64,000 nucleotides of DNA from Macrostomum hystrix (GCA_950097015.1 CATNEN010000038.1:12958001-13022000); one strand, 5' to 3'; shown: positions 9,242-19,781, counted from the first letter of the stretch. Numbers and translations: made by a program. The notes: generated by a model from the sequence alone, not told the origin.

Positions 9242-10468
9242 TTATTTTTTGTTAAAACGTGAAAGCAGAAGCTCTCTTGCCCGTTTGTCGATATACTTCT
9301 TTTCCATCATTTTGTCCAGGATGTTGACAAATTCTTTTCTATTTTCGTCTTTCATGCCAGTCTTTGCAGCTCCAAGAAGAACAGCCACTCGCTTATAGAT
9401 GTCAGAAATTCCTGTTCCAGATTTGGATCCTGTTCCAAGTGGGGTTGACTGTTGTTGAAATGGGCTTTCAAATGACTGGTCAGTTCCGGATGAAGCTGAA
9501 GTGTCAGGTAGGGGTGTGTGCTGGGGTGTGAAAACTTTTTGCTTGATTCTATTCATTCGGTCTGGGGAGAATTGCTCCAAGCGATGCCACTCTGCTGGGT
9601 ATTGTTTCTTATATTGAGCTACTTTCAAGGGGTCGGACTGCTCGAGTTGACTCAGCACTTGTTCTTCTGTAAAATGTTGCTGTTGTTGTGGTGGTTGTTG
9701 CTGTTGTTGTGGTGGTTGCTCTGGTGATTCGGGTTGTTGTTGTGGTGGTTGTTGTTCTAGATATTTTATTGCAGCTTCTTTATCTGGCAAACCAAACCAC
9801 TGTATAAAATACTTGTACTTTTTGAATCTAGTCAGAATGACACCGTTGTCATGCATCATTTTCAGAACTTGTGGGTCCTTTAGTATTTCTATATCTCTAG
9901 CAAGAGCAAAAGTTACTAGATCTCTGTAGTTCTTTAGTTGCTTGTCCGAAATTTTCTCTTGGTTTTTAGTCATAAATGTCAGTAATGTTTCTGTGAAAAT
10001 TATGCTTTTAGTTTCTGAGCCTTTGACAACAGAAATATGGTTCTTATTTATGTCGATATAATATTCCACTGGTTCATTATAAATTTTTTTTCTCCACATA
10101 CTTATTCCAAATACATATTTCCCATCATGTTCTGCGCGTTCTACTGGTCCAAAAAAGTTATCTGTCACTTTTAGTTGTGACTGTTGTGGGACTTGGACTT
10201 GCGGATCTGCAGATTGTTGTATCTGCGGTGCTTCTGGAATTTTGCCCAAAGCCTTTTGCACCTGGGTTTCCTGTATGTCGTCAATAGTTTCTTTGACTTG
10301 ATCAATATTTTTCTTAGCTTCTCCATACCCGGGTTTATGAAACTCTGTGGCTGCTTGGACAAACTCATTGTAGGATTGTTGCTCCTTATTGATTAGCCCG
10401 GTAACTCTCTTTTCTGCTTGTGCTAGCTTCTCCAATTCAGATATTTGGTGCGCATTTTTTCGCTTCAT
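9242..10468 (-). CDS. Polinton conserved protein (putative core protein), Q/P-rich
   Basis: 408-aa ORF. GTGSKSGTGI precedes a C-terminal helical motif (RVAVLLGAAKTG...EFVNILDKM) like those in other Polinton proteins. Confidence 0.65.
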   Translation of the reverse strand: MKRKNAHQISELEKLAQAEKRVTGLINKEQQSYNEFVQAATEFHKPGYGEAKKNIDQVKETIDDIQETQVQKALGKIPEAPQIQQSADPQVQVPQQSQLKVTDNFFGPVERAEHDGKYVFGISMWRKKIYNEPVEYYIDINKNHISVVKGSETKSIIFTETLLTFMTKNQEKISDKQLKNYRDLVTFALARDIEILKDPQVLKMMHDNGVILTRFKKYKYFIQWFGLPDKEAAIKYLEQQPPQQQPESPEQPPQQQQQPPQQQQHFTEEQVLSQLEQSDPLKVAQYKKQYPAEWHRLEQFSPDRMNRIKQKVFTPQHTPLPDTSASSGTDQSFESPFQQQSTPLGTGSKSGTGISDIYKRVAVLLGAAKTGMKDENRKEFVNILDKMMEKKYIDKRARELLLSRFNKK

Positions 10469-10497
10469 TTTTTATTTTATTTTTTTTAGTTTAAAAA

Positions 10498-11784
10498 ATG
10501 AACGACCCACTGACACCAGTTTTCTACAAAATTAACAAGCCTATTTTGAGTGATGATAGCACAATCAAAGCGACTCAAGTAAGAGTTCCCAGTCAGGAAA
10601 ATCAGAATGAAACTAATCTTGGTCCTGGTCAAACACTGACATTCACCTACAATGGATGTTCGTCTCTGGTTAGTGTGCACAGTCTTAAGAGCGGTTTCCA
10701 TATGACATTTCAATTCAAGACAAAGGGAGGTGCGGATGCAGCTCATGCTAACGTTGAAAAGCATGATGCAGATGTGGCTCTGATCAGTAACTTTTGGGCG
10801 TACATGTTCAAGGAGTTTAGTGTATCGAATGGGAGCACAGAGTTGGAGCGAATCGCCAACTTTGGAATTGTCTATGACGCTCATTGTTTGATCGAGAATC
10901 CAGATTTTATTCAGTTGGGGAGTGGTGCGGGTTTCATTGCAGATGAAAAAGAAGGAGATATCAATGACAGTGGCTATAAAAAGAGGAAGAAGAGATACAA
11001 CTATGCGTTGCAAGGTGCTGATGATGCTGCTAAGAACCCGCTGTATCGGACTGTTGATGTATTCGTACCACTGAGATTCATGAGTGGATTCTGTAATACA
11101 TTTAATCGACTGACTAGTAACTTCAGCTACACCTTTAAGATGACTAGAGATGATCGCAGTAGAGTGTTGTGGACTGGGGCGGACCACACTAGGATGGAAG
11201 TGAAGCTAACCGGAATCGAGCTGTATTTGGAAGTCATTGAGCCAAAGACCGCACTAAAAGCAGATTATCTCAAGGCAATAGAGAAGGACATTGATGTCGC
11301 CTACACGGCCTACATGTGTCGAGATGAGCGAAACGAAACCAGAACAAACATCTGCATTAAAGAGGGATCATGCAGCAATCCTAGGTATATTATTATTAAC
11401 ATGAGAAACCCAAATAACATTATACGCTACATGCATGGAGATGTGCGGTCCATTCAGCATGAAATCAGTGATAATCTTTACCCCGCACTGCCACAAAATG
11501 GAAATTTCAGTCAGAACAAGATTAGCAAATTTTACAGCGAGTTGGTCGACTTGGCTGTGAAAGAGAACAATGGAATTGCTATCACTGCTCTTCAATATGG
11601 AACTCTTTATCCGATGTTTGGCGCTGATGTGTCTGCCAGACAAATGCCTACTGACAACAGCCCTGTGAATATCGTGACTAACATTGAGAGGACTGCCGCA
11701 ACTGCTGTTGACCTGTACATTATCTATGCGTTCGAGAGGAAGGTGAAGCTTAACATGATCAACAATTCATCCAGTAAAGTTTAA
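10498..11784 (+). CDS. Double jelly-roll major capsid protein
   Basis: 428 aa and beta-rich, with DDSTIK, VFVPLRFMSGFC, PRYIII and LYPMFGADVS segments matching Polinton MCP patterns. It lies next to the penton gene. Confidence 0.88.
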   Translation: MNDPLTPVFYKINKPILSDDSTIKATQVRVPSQENQNETNLGPGQTLTFTYNGCSSLVSVHSLKSGFHMTFQFKTKGGADAAHANVEKHDADVALISNFWAYMFKEFSVSNGSTELERIANFGIVYDAHCLIENPDFIQLGSGAGFIADEKEGDINDSGYKKRKKRYNYALQGADDAAKNPLYRTVDVFVPLRFMSGFCNTFNRLTSNFSYTFKMTRDDRSRVLWTGADHTRMEVKLTGIELYLEVIEPKTALKADYLKAIEKDIDVAYTAYMCRDERNETRTNICIKEGSCSNPRYIIINMRNPNNIIRYMHGDVRSIQHEISDNLYPALPQNGNFSQNKISKFYSELVDLAVKENNGIAITALQYGTLYPMFGADVSARQMPTDNSPVNIVTNIERTAATAVDLYIIYAFERKVKLNMINNSSSKV

Positions 11785-11809
11785 ATATTTTTTTTCGGGG
11801 CTAAAAAAA

Positions 11810-12637
11810 ATGGAAGCGATTGCTGAAAGAATAAATAATATTATTTCTCACTCTAAGGAGAGCATTCCTATTACAATAGCTGGGCGAATTAATGACTCAA
11901 ACGGGATATTTGTTGAAAAATTAGAGCAGGCGATTCATCTGGATCCAGGTGCTAATTACCATGTATATCTTAACGACTTCACTGGTTGGTCAAACGTTCC
12001 CAATGTGACAGCAGCAAATAATAAGTTTCATTACAAATGGAGAGGTGTAGCAGCAGAAGCTGTGGTATTCCCTGTGAGCACGCAAAGTGTGGATACCTAC
12101 AATTACTTTCTAGAAAATATTTTTACTAAAAGAGGTCATTTTGAAACACCCAATGAGAGCAAGCCAGAGACTAAACTGTTCCCTGTCAAACTATCCTATG
12201 ATCTCACTGTAATGAGAGTGGTCATGCAAGTTCACAAAGATGCTGAGGTTGAATTTAAAGATGACACATGGTATAGGGAATTGGGATTCGAGAAGAAAGT
12301 TTATAAGGCACAGACTGCATCACCGAGGACCCTGCTAAGCGGTCTGTTCTTAGCACCCAATATCGCAGATATTGTAAAGGGTTTGAATATTCTAATCAGA
12401 AGTAATCTCAGTCTTGATTGGGTATTTAAGGGGAAGCGAACGAATATTTTGTACAACATCTCAAACTCTGTTCCTGGAGGACAGATGCTGGTAGAGAAAC
12501 CAAATCCAGTGAAAAGAGTTGTGCTAAGTAATAAGGAGATTCACGAGATTGTGCTGCAGTTTGAGACGGAAGATGGTGTTGGCGTTGATTTCAACGGTGA
12601 AGAGTTTGTATTGACGTTGATCATTGAGAGAATGTAA
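11810..12637 (+). CDS. Minor capsid protein (penton, single jelly-roll)
   Basis: PNVTAANNKFHY, VPGGQMLVEKP and C-terminal DFNGEEFVLTLII motifs typical of Polinton pentons. Confidence 0.85.
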   Translation: MEAIAERINNIISHSKESIPITIAGRINDSNGIFVEKLEQAIHLDPGANYHVYLNDFTGWSNVPNVTAANNKFHYKWRGVAAEAVVFPVSTQSVDTYNYFLENIFTKRGHFETPNESKPETKLFPVKLSYDLTVMRVVMQVHKDAEVEFKDDTWYRELGFEKKVYKAQTASPRTLLSGLFLAPNIADIVKGLNILIRSNLSLDWVFKGKRTNILYNISNSVPGGQMLVEKPNPVKRVVLSNKEIHEIVLQFETEDGVGVDFNGEEFVLTLIIERM

Positions 12638-12869
12638 GCTGCTTAATGATTTCTGCAAAGTTATAGTAGCTGTCGTAGTCCTTTATAATTGCTCCATACT
12701 TATGAAACCAGTGACTTTGGAGAGCTTGATTAATATTAGGGACATTGATATCGACGTTGGGACAATATTTCTTCATGTACTCGCTGCATTCTTGTTTGCA
12801 TTGGTACTTACTCTTGTAATTAGGCTCATGCCTTGTGTAATAAGATCCTTGAGAGACGATTGGGAGCAT
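12621..12869 (-). CDS. Small hypothetical Polinton protein (82 aa)
   Basis: The ATG at 12869 carries the element-wide TAAAAATG context. It converges on the penton with a 17-bp overlap. Confidence 0.5.
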   Translation of the reverse strand: MLPIVSQGSYYTRHEPNYKSKYQCKQECSEYMKKYCPNVDINVPNINQALQSHWFHKYGAIIKDYDSYYNFAEIIKQLTFSQ

Positions 12870-12899
12870 TTTTAATGAGAATATAATTTTTTTTCGGAG

Positions 12900-13327
12900 G
12901 ATGAGCACCCAAGGTTTGGGGTCTTGAGTTTTGGGAATGGGATTTTAGTGCTAATTTGATTGTCTTGGCACGCTTTTTACAGGTTCACTATTTTGTGCAT
13001 GATCTCTTAGGGAGTGGCTGCGATAATTTTTTTTGTCCAAGTTCAGAAACTGGAAAGTATTTTTTTTGGCGGGGGAACCTTGTTCCTTCAGGAAAGGTAA
13101 TGGTTTGTGCATTAAGGAGGCTGCGATAATTTTTGTCCTAGATATTCAACTTACAAACTGATGTGGGATATTAAAAGTAGAGAATTTAGAATATGGAGAC
13201 GGAGTTTTTTAGAGAGAGGCGGGGACCCTTTTTTTCCTGATCTCTTCGGGAATAATAAAAGTAATGGTTTGTGGATAATGGAGGCTGCGATTATTTTTGT
13301 CCTAGAAGCCCCCTCTTGCATACTACT
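12900..13327. repeat. Right terminal (TIR) region with three subterminal direct repeats
   Basis: Non-coding. GGCTGCGATWATTTTT(T)GTCC occurs at about 13016, 13119 and 13283, and GTAATGGTTTGTG at 13097 and 13261. It ends in ACTACT. Confidence 0.75.
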
Positions 13328-13471
13328 TGACGCTTACGTGATAAAATGCATTACGAGCGTATCGATTCTTCGATAAAATACTCTCCTATTTTCATAAAAT
13401 TTGCTTCCTTTGCAACGGAAGCGGTTCATTATCATCCATCATCATGCCGCTATTCGACCGCCGTCCTGCAG

Positions 13472-16400
13472 GGGTGATCGGTCGCTGGTGGCAGATGTAC
13501 CTCAACATTCCTTGGATGAATCGGGTCGCCTTTTTCGCCTACGGGATCTTGACCGGCACAAAGGACAGCTTTGAGACAGTTCGCCGCCTGCGAATGAGCC
13601 TCATGCGCTACATGAACCTTGGCTGGATCCTCATCATGCACACCATCTCCGAGCAGATTGTGCACCGTTTCGCGCCCGCGAATGGGCAGACTCGGGTGAG
13701 ATGCTTTGCCAGGGACTCACCGTATTCCATTGTTCCCTTAACGTGGCAGCAGCTTAAAATTTAAGCGTAAACTTTCGTGTCAAATCGTAGGGTAGTGCTA
13801 CTTGTGGTAGCTAAGTAGCTAAAGTTCATGGACGTTTCCTTATGGTTGGTTGTAGCTAAATGAACTTGAATGACACTATGTGAACACAATTGGTTATGTT
13901 TTATATATATATATATGAGGAGGTTGTAGCCTAGTGGTTAGAGCGTCGGACTCACGACTTGAAGGTCGGGGGTTCTTTCCCGACTCCACTGGAACAATTT
14001 GCGTCCTTTAGCAAGACACTTAACTCTGCATTGCTTCAGTTCACCCAGCTGTTAAATGGGTACCAGCATCAGCTGGGATAGTTGAAGGTGGGTGTGGCGT
14101 CCCCCCAGTCCATGGACTGAACAGCTGTACGCAGCCTTCAGATGCGCCGCGCATTAGCTGCGGCTGTGCTGTCGGCTGCACATCTGACCCAATTGGGGCA
14201 GGTGTAATCAATTATTATTATATTATTATATATATGAGACATTAGAGACATATGTTGAATAGAAGCTAAATAGATTATTTGAGAGATGCTGGATAGATGC
14301 TAGATAGATGCTAGACTAGATGCTAGACAATGTTTTGAATAGCGACATGATAGAGGCTGGATAATTATCTGTCATCTAACGCTTAAGCAACGATCCACCT
14401 TCTACGCTCGTAGCTTATTTTTAACCGATGGCTTGCCAGTTGTTGCCGTCTGCGACTGCGCATCGACGAAGCAGGGCGAAAACGAAAGGCGAGTTGAGCA
14501 GGTTTTGAGGTTATTGAGATAGGGATAGACAGAGACACGCGTGACACAAAATGACCCTTAAAAAGAAGCGGCAGTTGCAGGCCACATAAGACTCAGCTGA
14601 AAGCCGCCCGTCCCTATAATTGCATGCCAGGTCGACTCTCTCGAAGGGAGGAGGTGGGTGGTAAATTGGCAAGGACAGAAACACGTGATGCGGCGCTGAG
14701 ACAGGCAGGCAGGCTGGCGCTTCTGATCAGCACTGCATAGACTGACACAGGTGATGCTGGGACAAAGGCTCCGGGGGGGCAAATTATCGAATTCCAGGAC
14801 AGACAATATTCTGGATAAAGAATAGCATAGGAAAAAACTAATTGAACAATTACAGTAACTCCATCGGTATATTGCGATGGTGACTTTACCGTTGCATTGT
14901 GACAGTGCTTTGACAATGATAATTTTGGCAGGGATTCCACAGATGTGCATGTACACATCCCAATCATCCGGTTATAAAAAGTACAAAGTACAAAGCACAA
15001 AAAGCCACTGTCAGGCCACCAGGTGTGATTACGCGTTAACAGGACTGGCACCAAACAAGCCCCCGCTATTCTCTATAGGAACACAGCGGAGTTCGCGGCC
15101 TCCTTGAGACAATCAACAATTGTCCAGGAGTGAGGCTGCACTTTAAGAAGCTCGTCACCGAGCCGGAGATCGCCGCATTTGTGCGCGCCGAGTCGAACTA
15201 CGAAGCCAGGTACGGCCGTCGATACGTGCCCGACTACTGGCTGCCGCTCCAATGGGCGGCTCTGCTGTGCAAGAAGGCCATGGTGCACGGCTTCTGCGAC
15301 CCCCGCTCCATGGTCATGCTAATGGAGGAGATCGAGGAGGTGCGGGGCATGATGCAGATGCTCATTATCTACAATGATGTCATGATACCACTGGTCTATA
15401 CGCAGGTCAGACTCTATGAGCGTAGTATGCTTTTGCCATTTATAGTCACATACGCTCGTAGAATCGGCGTTGCCGATTAGAAGACGTCGGTTCTATTGAT
15501 TGTTTTAATGATGTAAAACCAGCTTCTCTGATTGGCTTAAAGATTCAAGGTTTTTCTGCAAATTTGTTTAATTATCTTAAGGCAGTTTCTTTAAAGGCAG
15601 TTGGTCGAATGATGGGAAGTGATACGATTTTGTGGTTGGTTGGATTATCTTGCGTCAGATTCACCAGTTCAAAAATATAACATTTTCAGCTTAAATCGTG
15701 GATGCAAGAAAACAATTAGATATTTTTCCTTTTACTTCTCCCTATGGCAGGTGGTGATAATAGCGGTGTACAGCTACTTCCTGCTGCAGCTTTTCAGCCA
15801 GCAATTCGTAAATCCCAGGCTGACAGCGGAGCTTCTAAGCCGCATGAGCAACGGCAGTGTCACAATCTCGCCAGTGTCAATCGGAAGCGATAATCGTGGC
15901 GAGGTCATCGACATGTACTTTCCAGTGTTTACCGTGTTCCAGGTGCGACAGCCGACTCTGGGTCGGCTAAGATTTGCGGTGGCAGCTCTGAGAGACTGGA
16001 CAGTGAAAGTGTTGAATGGCAGCTCTGAGGGACTGGACAGTGAGAGTGTGGGGTGGCAGCACTGAGGTACTGGACGGTGAGAGTGTAGGGTGGCAGCTCT
16101 GATGGACTGGATGGTGAGAGTGTGGGTGGCAGCTCTGATGGACTGGACAGTGAAAGTGTTGAATGGCAGCTCTGAGGGACTGGACTGTGAAAGTGTTGAA
16201 TGGCAGCTCTGAGGGACTGGACAGTGAGAGTGTGGGGTGGCAGCACTGAGGTACTGGACGGTGAGAGTGTAGGGTGGCAGCTCTGATGGACTGGATGGTG
16301 AGAGTGTGGGTGGCAGCTCTGATGGACTGGATGGTGAGAGTGTGGGGTGGCAGCTCTGATGGACTGGATGGTGAGAGTGTGGGTGGCAGCTCTGATGGAC

Positions 16401-19400
16401 TGGATGGTGAGAGTGTGGGTGGCAGCTCTGAGGGACTGGATGGTGAGAGTGTGGGTGGCAGCTCTGATGGACTGGATGGTGAGAGTGTGGGTGGCAGCTC
16501 TGAGGGACTGGACAGTGAGAGTGTGGGGAGGCAGCATTGAAGGACTGGATGGTCAGAGTGTTGAATGGCAGCTCTGATGGACTGGATGGTGAGAGTGTGG
16601 GTGGCAGCTCTGAGGGACTGGACAGTGAGAGTGTGGGTGGCAGCTCTGATGGACTGGATGGTGAGAGTGTGGGTGGCAGCTCTGAGGGACTGGACAGTGA
16701 GAGTGTGGGTGGCAGCTCTGAGGGACTGGACAGTGAGAGTGTGGGGAGGCAGCATTGAGGGACTGGATGGTCAGAGTGTTGAATGGCAGCTCTGATGGAC
16801 TGGATGGTGAGAGTGTGGGTGGCAGCTCTGAGGGACTGGACAGTGAGAGTGTGGGTGGCAGCTCTGATGGACTGGATGGTGAGAGTGTGGGTGGCAGCTC
16901 TGAGGGACTGGATGGTGAGAGTGTGGGTGGCAGCTCTGAGGGACTGGACAGTGAGAGTGTGGGGAGGCAGCATTGAGGGACTGGATGGTCAGAGTGTTGA
17001 ATGGCAGCTCTGAGGGACTGGACAGTAAGGTTGTAGGGTGGCAGCTGTAAGATACTGCAGGAGGAACAACTTTGAAATGATCTCTACCCAACTCCCCAGT
17101 TTCTGTTCCTCATGGGCTGGCTGAAGGTGGCTATGTGCGTCATGAATCCCTTTGGCGACGACGATGAAGACTTTCACACCTCAGAGATTCTGGACTACAA
17201 CTTAGAGGTGAGTTATTCTCGTTGGTCCCTGACCTGTTCCATTACCGCGTCTCCCTAAACCCCTAAGCCTCTAAACATATGTTTAATGACTTCTCTATGC
17301 CTCGTTTATATGAGCTGTCGCAATTGGAAATAGAAGTCGAGACAGAAGCGTTGATAAGCCATTCGACCCTGTCAGGATCTGTCGGACTTATTTCTTTCGC
17401 TTTCTTTACAGTGTTTCAAAATGACTGCTTTGCTCTACTTTTAGATTACGCAGTATACTCACATATTCACATTTGCCCAGAGCTCTGTTCTATTTTATAT
17501 TGAAAACCACTTTTTATACCCATGAAAAGCTTGAATAGAGAACCAAAAGTACACCTAATACAGTTTCGTTAGCTTCTGGTCGCCACACCGAGCCAAGTTT
17601 CTACCCCAGCTTATGCTGACCCGTTTACAGCTAAGGGAAGGACATTGGTTGCCTGCCGGGAAGATGGCTCTCTGCAGTAGTTGTTGGACATTGGTTTGCT
17701 ACTGAAGATGGACATTGGTTTGCTGCTAAAGAGTTGCATTGGTTTGCTGCTGAAGATGGACATTGGTTCGCTGCTAAAGAGTTGCATTGGTTCTCTGCTA
17801 AAGATGGACATTGGTTTGCTGCTAAAGAGTTGCATTGGTTTGCTGCTGAAGATGGACATTGGTTCGCTGCTAAAGAGTTGCATTGGTTCTCTGCTGAAGA
17901 TGGACATTGGTTGCCTGCCGGGGAGATGGCTCTCTGCAGCAGATGGACATTGGTTTGCTGCTGAAGATGGACATTGGTTTGCTGCTGAAGATGGACATTG
18001 GTTTGCTGCTGAAGATGGACATTGGTTTGCTGCTGAAGATGGACATTGGTTTGCTGCTGAAGATGGACATTGGTTTGCTGCTGAAGATGGACATTGGTTT
18101 GCTGCTGAAGATGGACATTGGTTTGCTGCTGAAGATGGACATTGGTTCGCTGCTAAAGAGTTGCATTGGTTCTCTGCTGAAGATGGACATTGGTTGCCTG
18201 CCGGGGAGATGGCTCTCTGCAGCAGATGGACATTGGTTTGCTGCTGAAGATGGACATTGGTTGCCTGCCGGGGAGATGGCTCTCTGCAGCAGATGGACAT
18301 TGGTTTGCTGCTGAAGATGGACATTGGTTTGCTGCTGAAGATGGACATTGGTTTGCTGCTGAAGATGGACATTGGTTCGCTGCTAAAGAGTTGCATTGGT
18401 TCTCTGCTGAAGATGGACATTGGTTGCCTGCCGGGGAGATGGCTCTCTGCAGTAGATGGTTCTCTGCTGAAGATGGACATTGGTTCGCTGCTAAAGAGAT
18501 GCATTGGTTCTCTGCGAAGATGGACATTGGTTCGCTGCTAAAGAGTTGCATTGGTTCTCTGCGAAGATGGACATTGGTTCGCTGCTAAAGAGTTGCATTG
18601 GTTCTCTGCGAAGATGGACATTGGTTGCCTGTCGGGATGATGGCTCTCTGCAGTAGATGGTTCGCTGCTGAAGATGGACATTGGTTCGCTGCTAAAGAGT
18701 TGCATTGGTTCTCTGCTGAAGATGGACATTGGTTCGCTGCTATAGGGTTGCATTGGTCCTCTGCTACAAAGTAAAAAAATTTCGTCTTCTAAGGGGTTTA
18801 TGGTAAATACCTGCCTATCGCATGCCTGCCCTGACGGGTTTATGTTTGTGCCAACAGGAGAGGGCAAATGGCTAGTTAAATGTCTAAATTGCTTATGGAC
18901 ACAATCTCTGACATTTAAATTTCGAACAACAGAATTCTCGGATGCAGTACACTTAGGCGGCAAGGGAGCTACCCCCCTTTGTAAAGCCGGTAAACACTCG
19001 CTCGCCTCATCCCAGCTTAAAATCCCCATCCGTAGATCTCATCCCGCTGCGCCGAGGGCCTCCGCTGCGCCTTCCCCGACGGCCTGGGCGAGCCGTCGAT
19101 GGAGTGGATCCGTAAGTCACCTGGCCACGAGTTGGATAACCTGGCCCAGTACCTGCAGGCTGTTGAAGACGAAGTCAACGCCGCGGCAGCCTTCACTGCA
19201 GCTGAGGAAGCCGCAGCCGCTGCCGCAGCTGCCGCCGATGCCGCTGCCGCTGCTACCACGGCAGATGGAACCGCGGACGGCTGGCGTGTATCGAACAGAG
19301 GCGCCTCAAAGAAGGCCGCACGGCGAGCTCCGGCGAGGGAGCAGCAGCGACAAGGGAGCCGCTGGTTCTGGTCCCGGCCAGCCACGGCTGATGATGTGAC

Positions 19401-19479
19401 GAGCGGCGGTGGCAGCTTCATCAGGCGCGACAGCAGCCCGATCGCACCACTGGCCAGGCAGAGTCTCAACAATATTTGA
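13472..19479 (+). CDS. Bestrophin calcium-activated chloride channel, 3-prime five exons (5-prime exons lie beyond the Polinton)
   Basis: Exons 13472-13695, 15079-15405, 15751-15942, 17100-17207 and 19036-19479 have GT-AG boundaries in consistent phase. Motifs: [26 protein letters not shown] and Ca-clasp [16 protein letters not shown] at 19758. Confidence 0.93.
13920..14226 (+). mobile_element. tRNA-derived SINE (family A) with CORE-like central block
   Basis: A-box TAGCCTAGTGG and a degenerate B-box GGTTCTTTCCC. The central block reads GTCCTTTAGCAAGACACTTAACTC...CACCCAGCTGTTAAATGGGTACC, followed by an (ATT)n tail. TSD TATATATATGAG (12 bp) at 13908-13919 and 14227-14238. Confidence 0.85.
15978..17047. 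repeat. 36-37-bp minisatellite in a bestrophin intron
   Basis: Unit TGGCAGCTCTGA(T/G)GGACTGGA(TG/CA)GTGAGAGTGTGGG with higher-order variants. Confidence 0.95.
17638..18766. repeat. 24-bp minisatellite with interspersed variant units in a bestrophin intron
   Basis: Unit GCTGCTGAAGATGGACATTGGTTT, alternating with GCTGCTAAAGAGTTGCATTGGTT and GCCTGCCGGGGAGATGGCTCTCTGCAG variants. Confidence 0.95.
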
Positions 19480-19781
19480 CGACTGTCAGCCGTCAAGGGA
19501 GCTAACCCCGCCTTTGAAAAGCCGGCAAACACTCGCTCGCCTCATCTCGCCTCGTCTGCCTGCGTGGATGTTCTACCAGAATTTCGGGAACTAAAGCAAT
19601 GTTTTAAAAGAGAATTGAAACGCAAGACATGGAGGTGCACAGCTGTTAGATATGCCCATGGGAGGCCCAAGCATGAATTTGTCATTCCGCTAATAGTTTT
19701 TTGCTTGCAATGCGTCTAAACGTTTCTGTACATGTATCGACTGCACGAGACCACATAAATAAATGCGCTTATTTAATTCAC

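Larger units (their letters stand above)
1..13327. mobile_element. Polinton/Maverick (adintovirus-like) endogenous dsDNA virus, right-hand portion; left terminus lies outside the window
   Basis: Intronless, tightly packed cluster of pPolB, rve integrase, adenain, A32-like ATPase, major capsid, penton and PLA2. It ends in ...GCATACTACT (ACTACT at 13322-13327, the reverse complement of the canonical AGTAGT Polinton end), followed by host intron sequence. Confidence 0.96.

Noticed and set aside
10469-10497. Spliced-leader trans-splice acceptors as the explanation for the short viral intergenic gaps
   Set aside because: A T-run plus AG appears before the MCP and ATPase starts only. Most other viral starts have no AG in that position.
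12624-12875. Plus-strand hydrophobic 83-aa ORF
   Set aside because: It starts at TTG, lacks the element's start motif and is antisense to the better-supported minus ORF.
13920-13995. tRNA gene
   Set aside because: The B-box is degenerate and the sequence continues into a SINE body, tail and TSD. The same applies to the heads at about 28640-28709 and 58560-58635.
15774-18588. Many long overlapping ORFs on both strands
   Set aside because: They are translations of the 36-bp and 24-bp minisatellites inside bestrophin introns.
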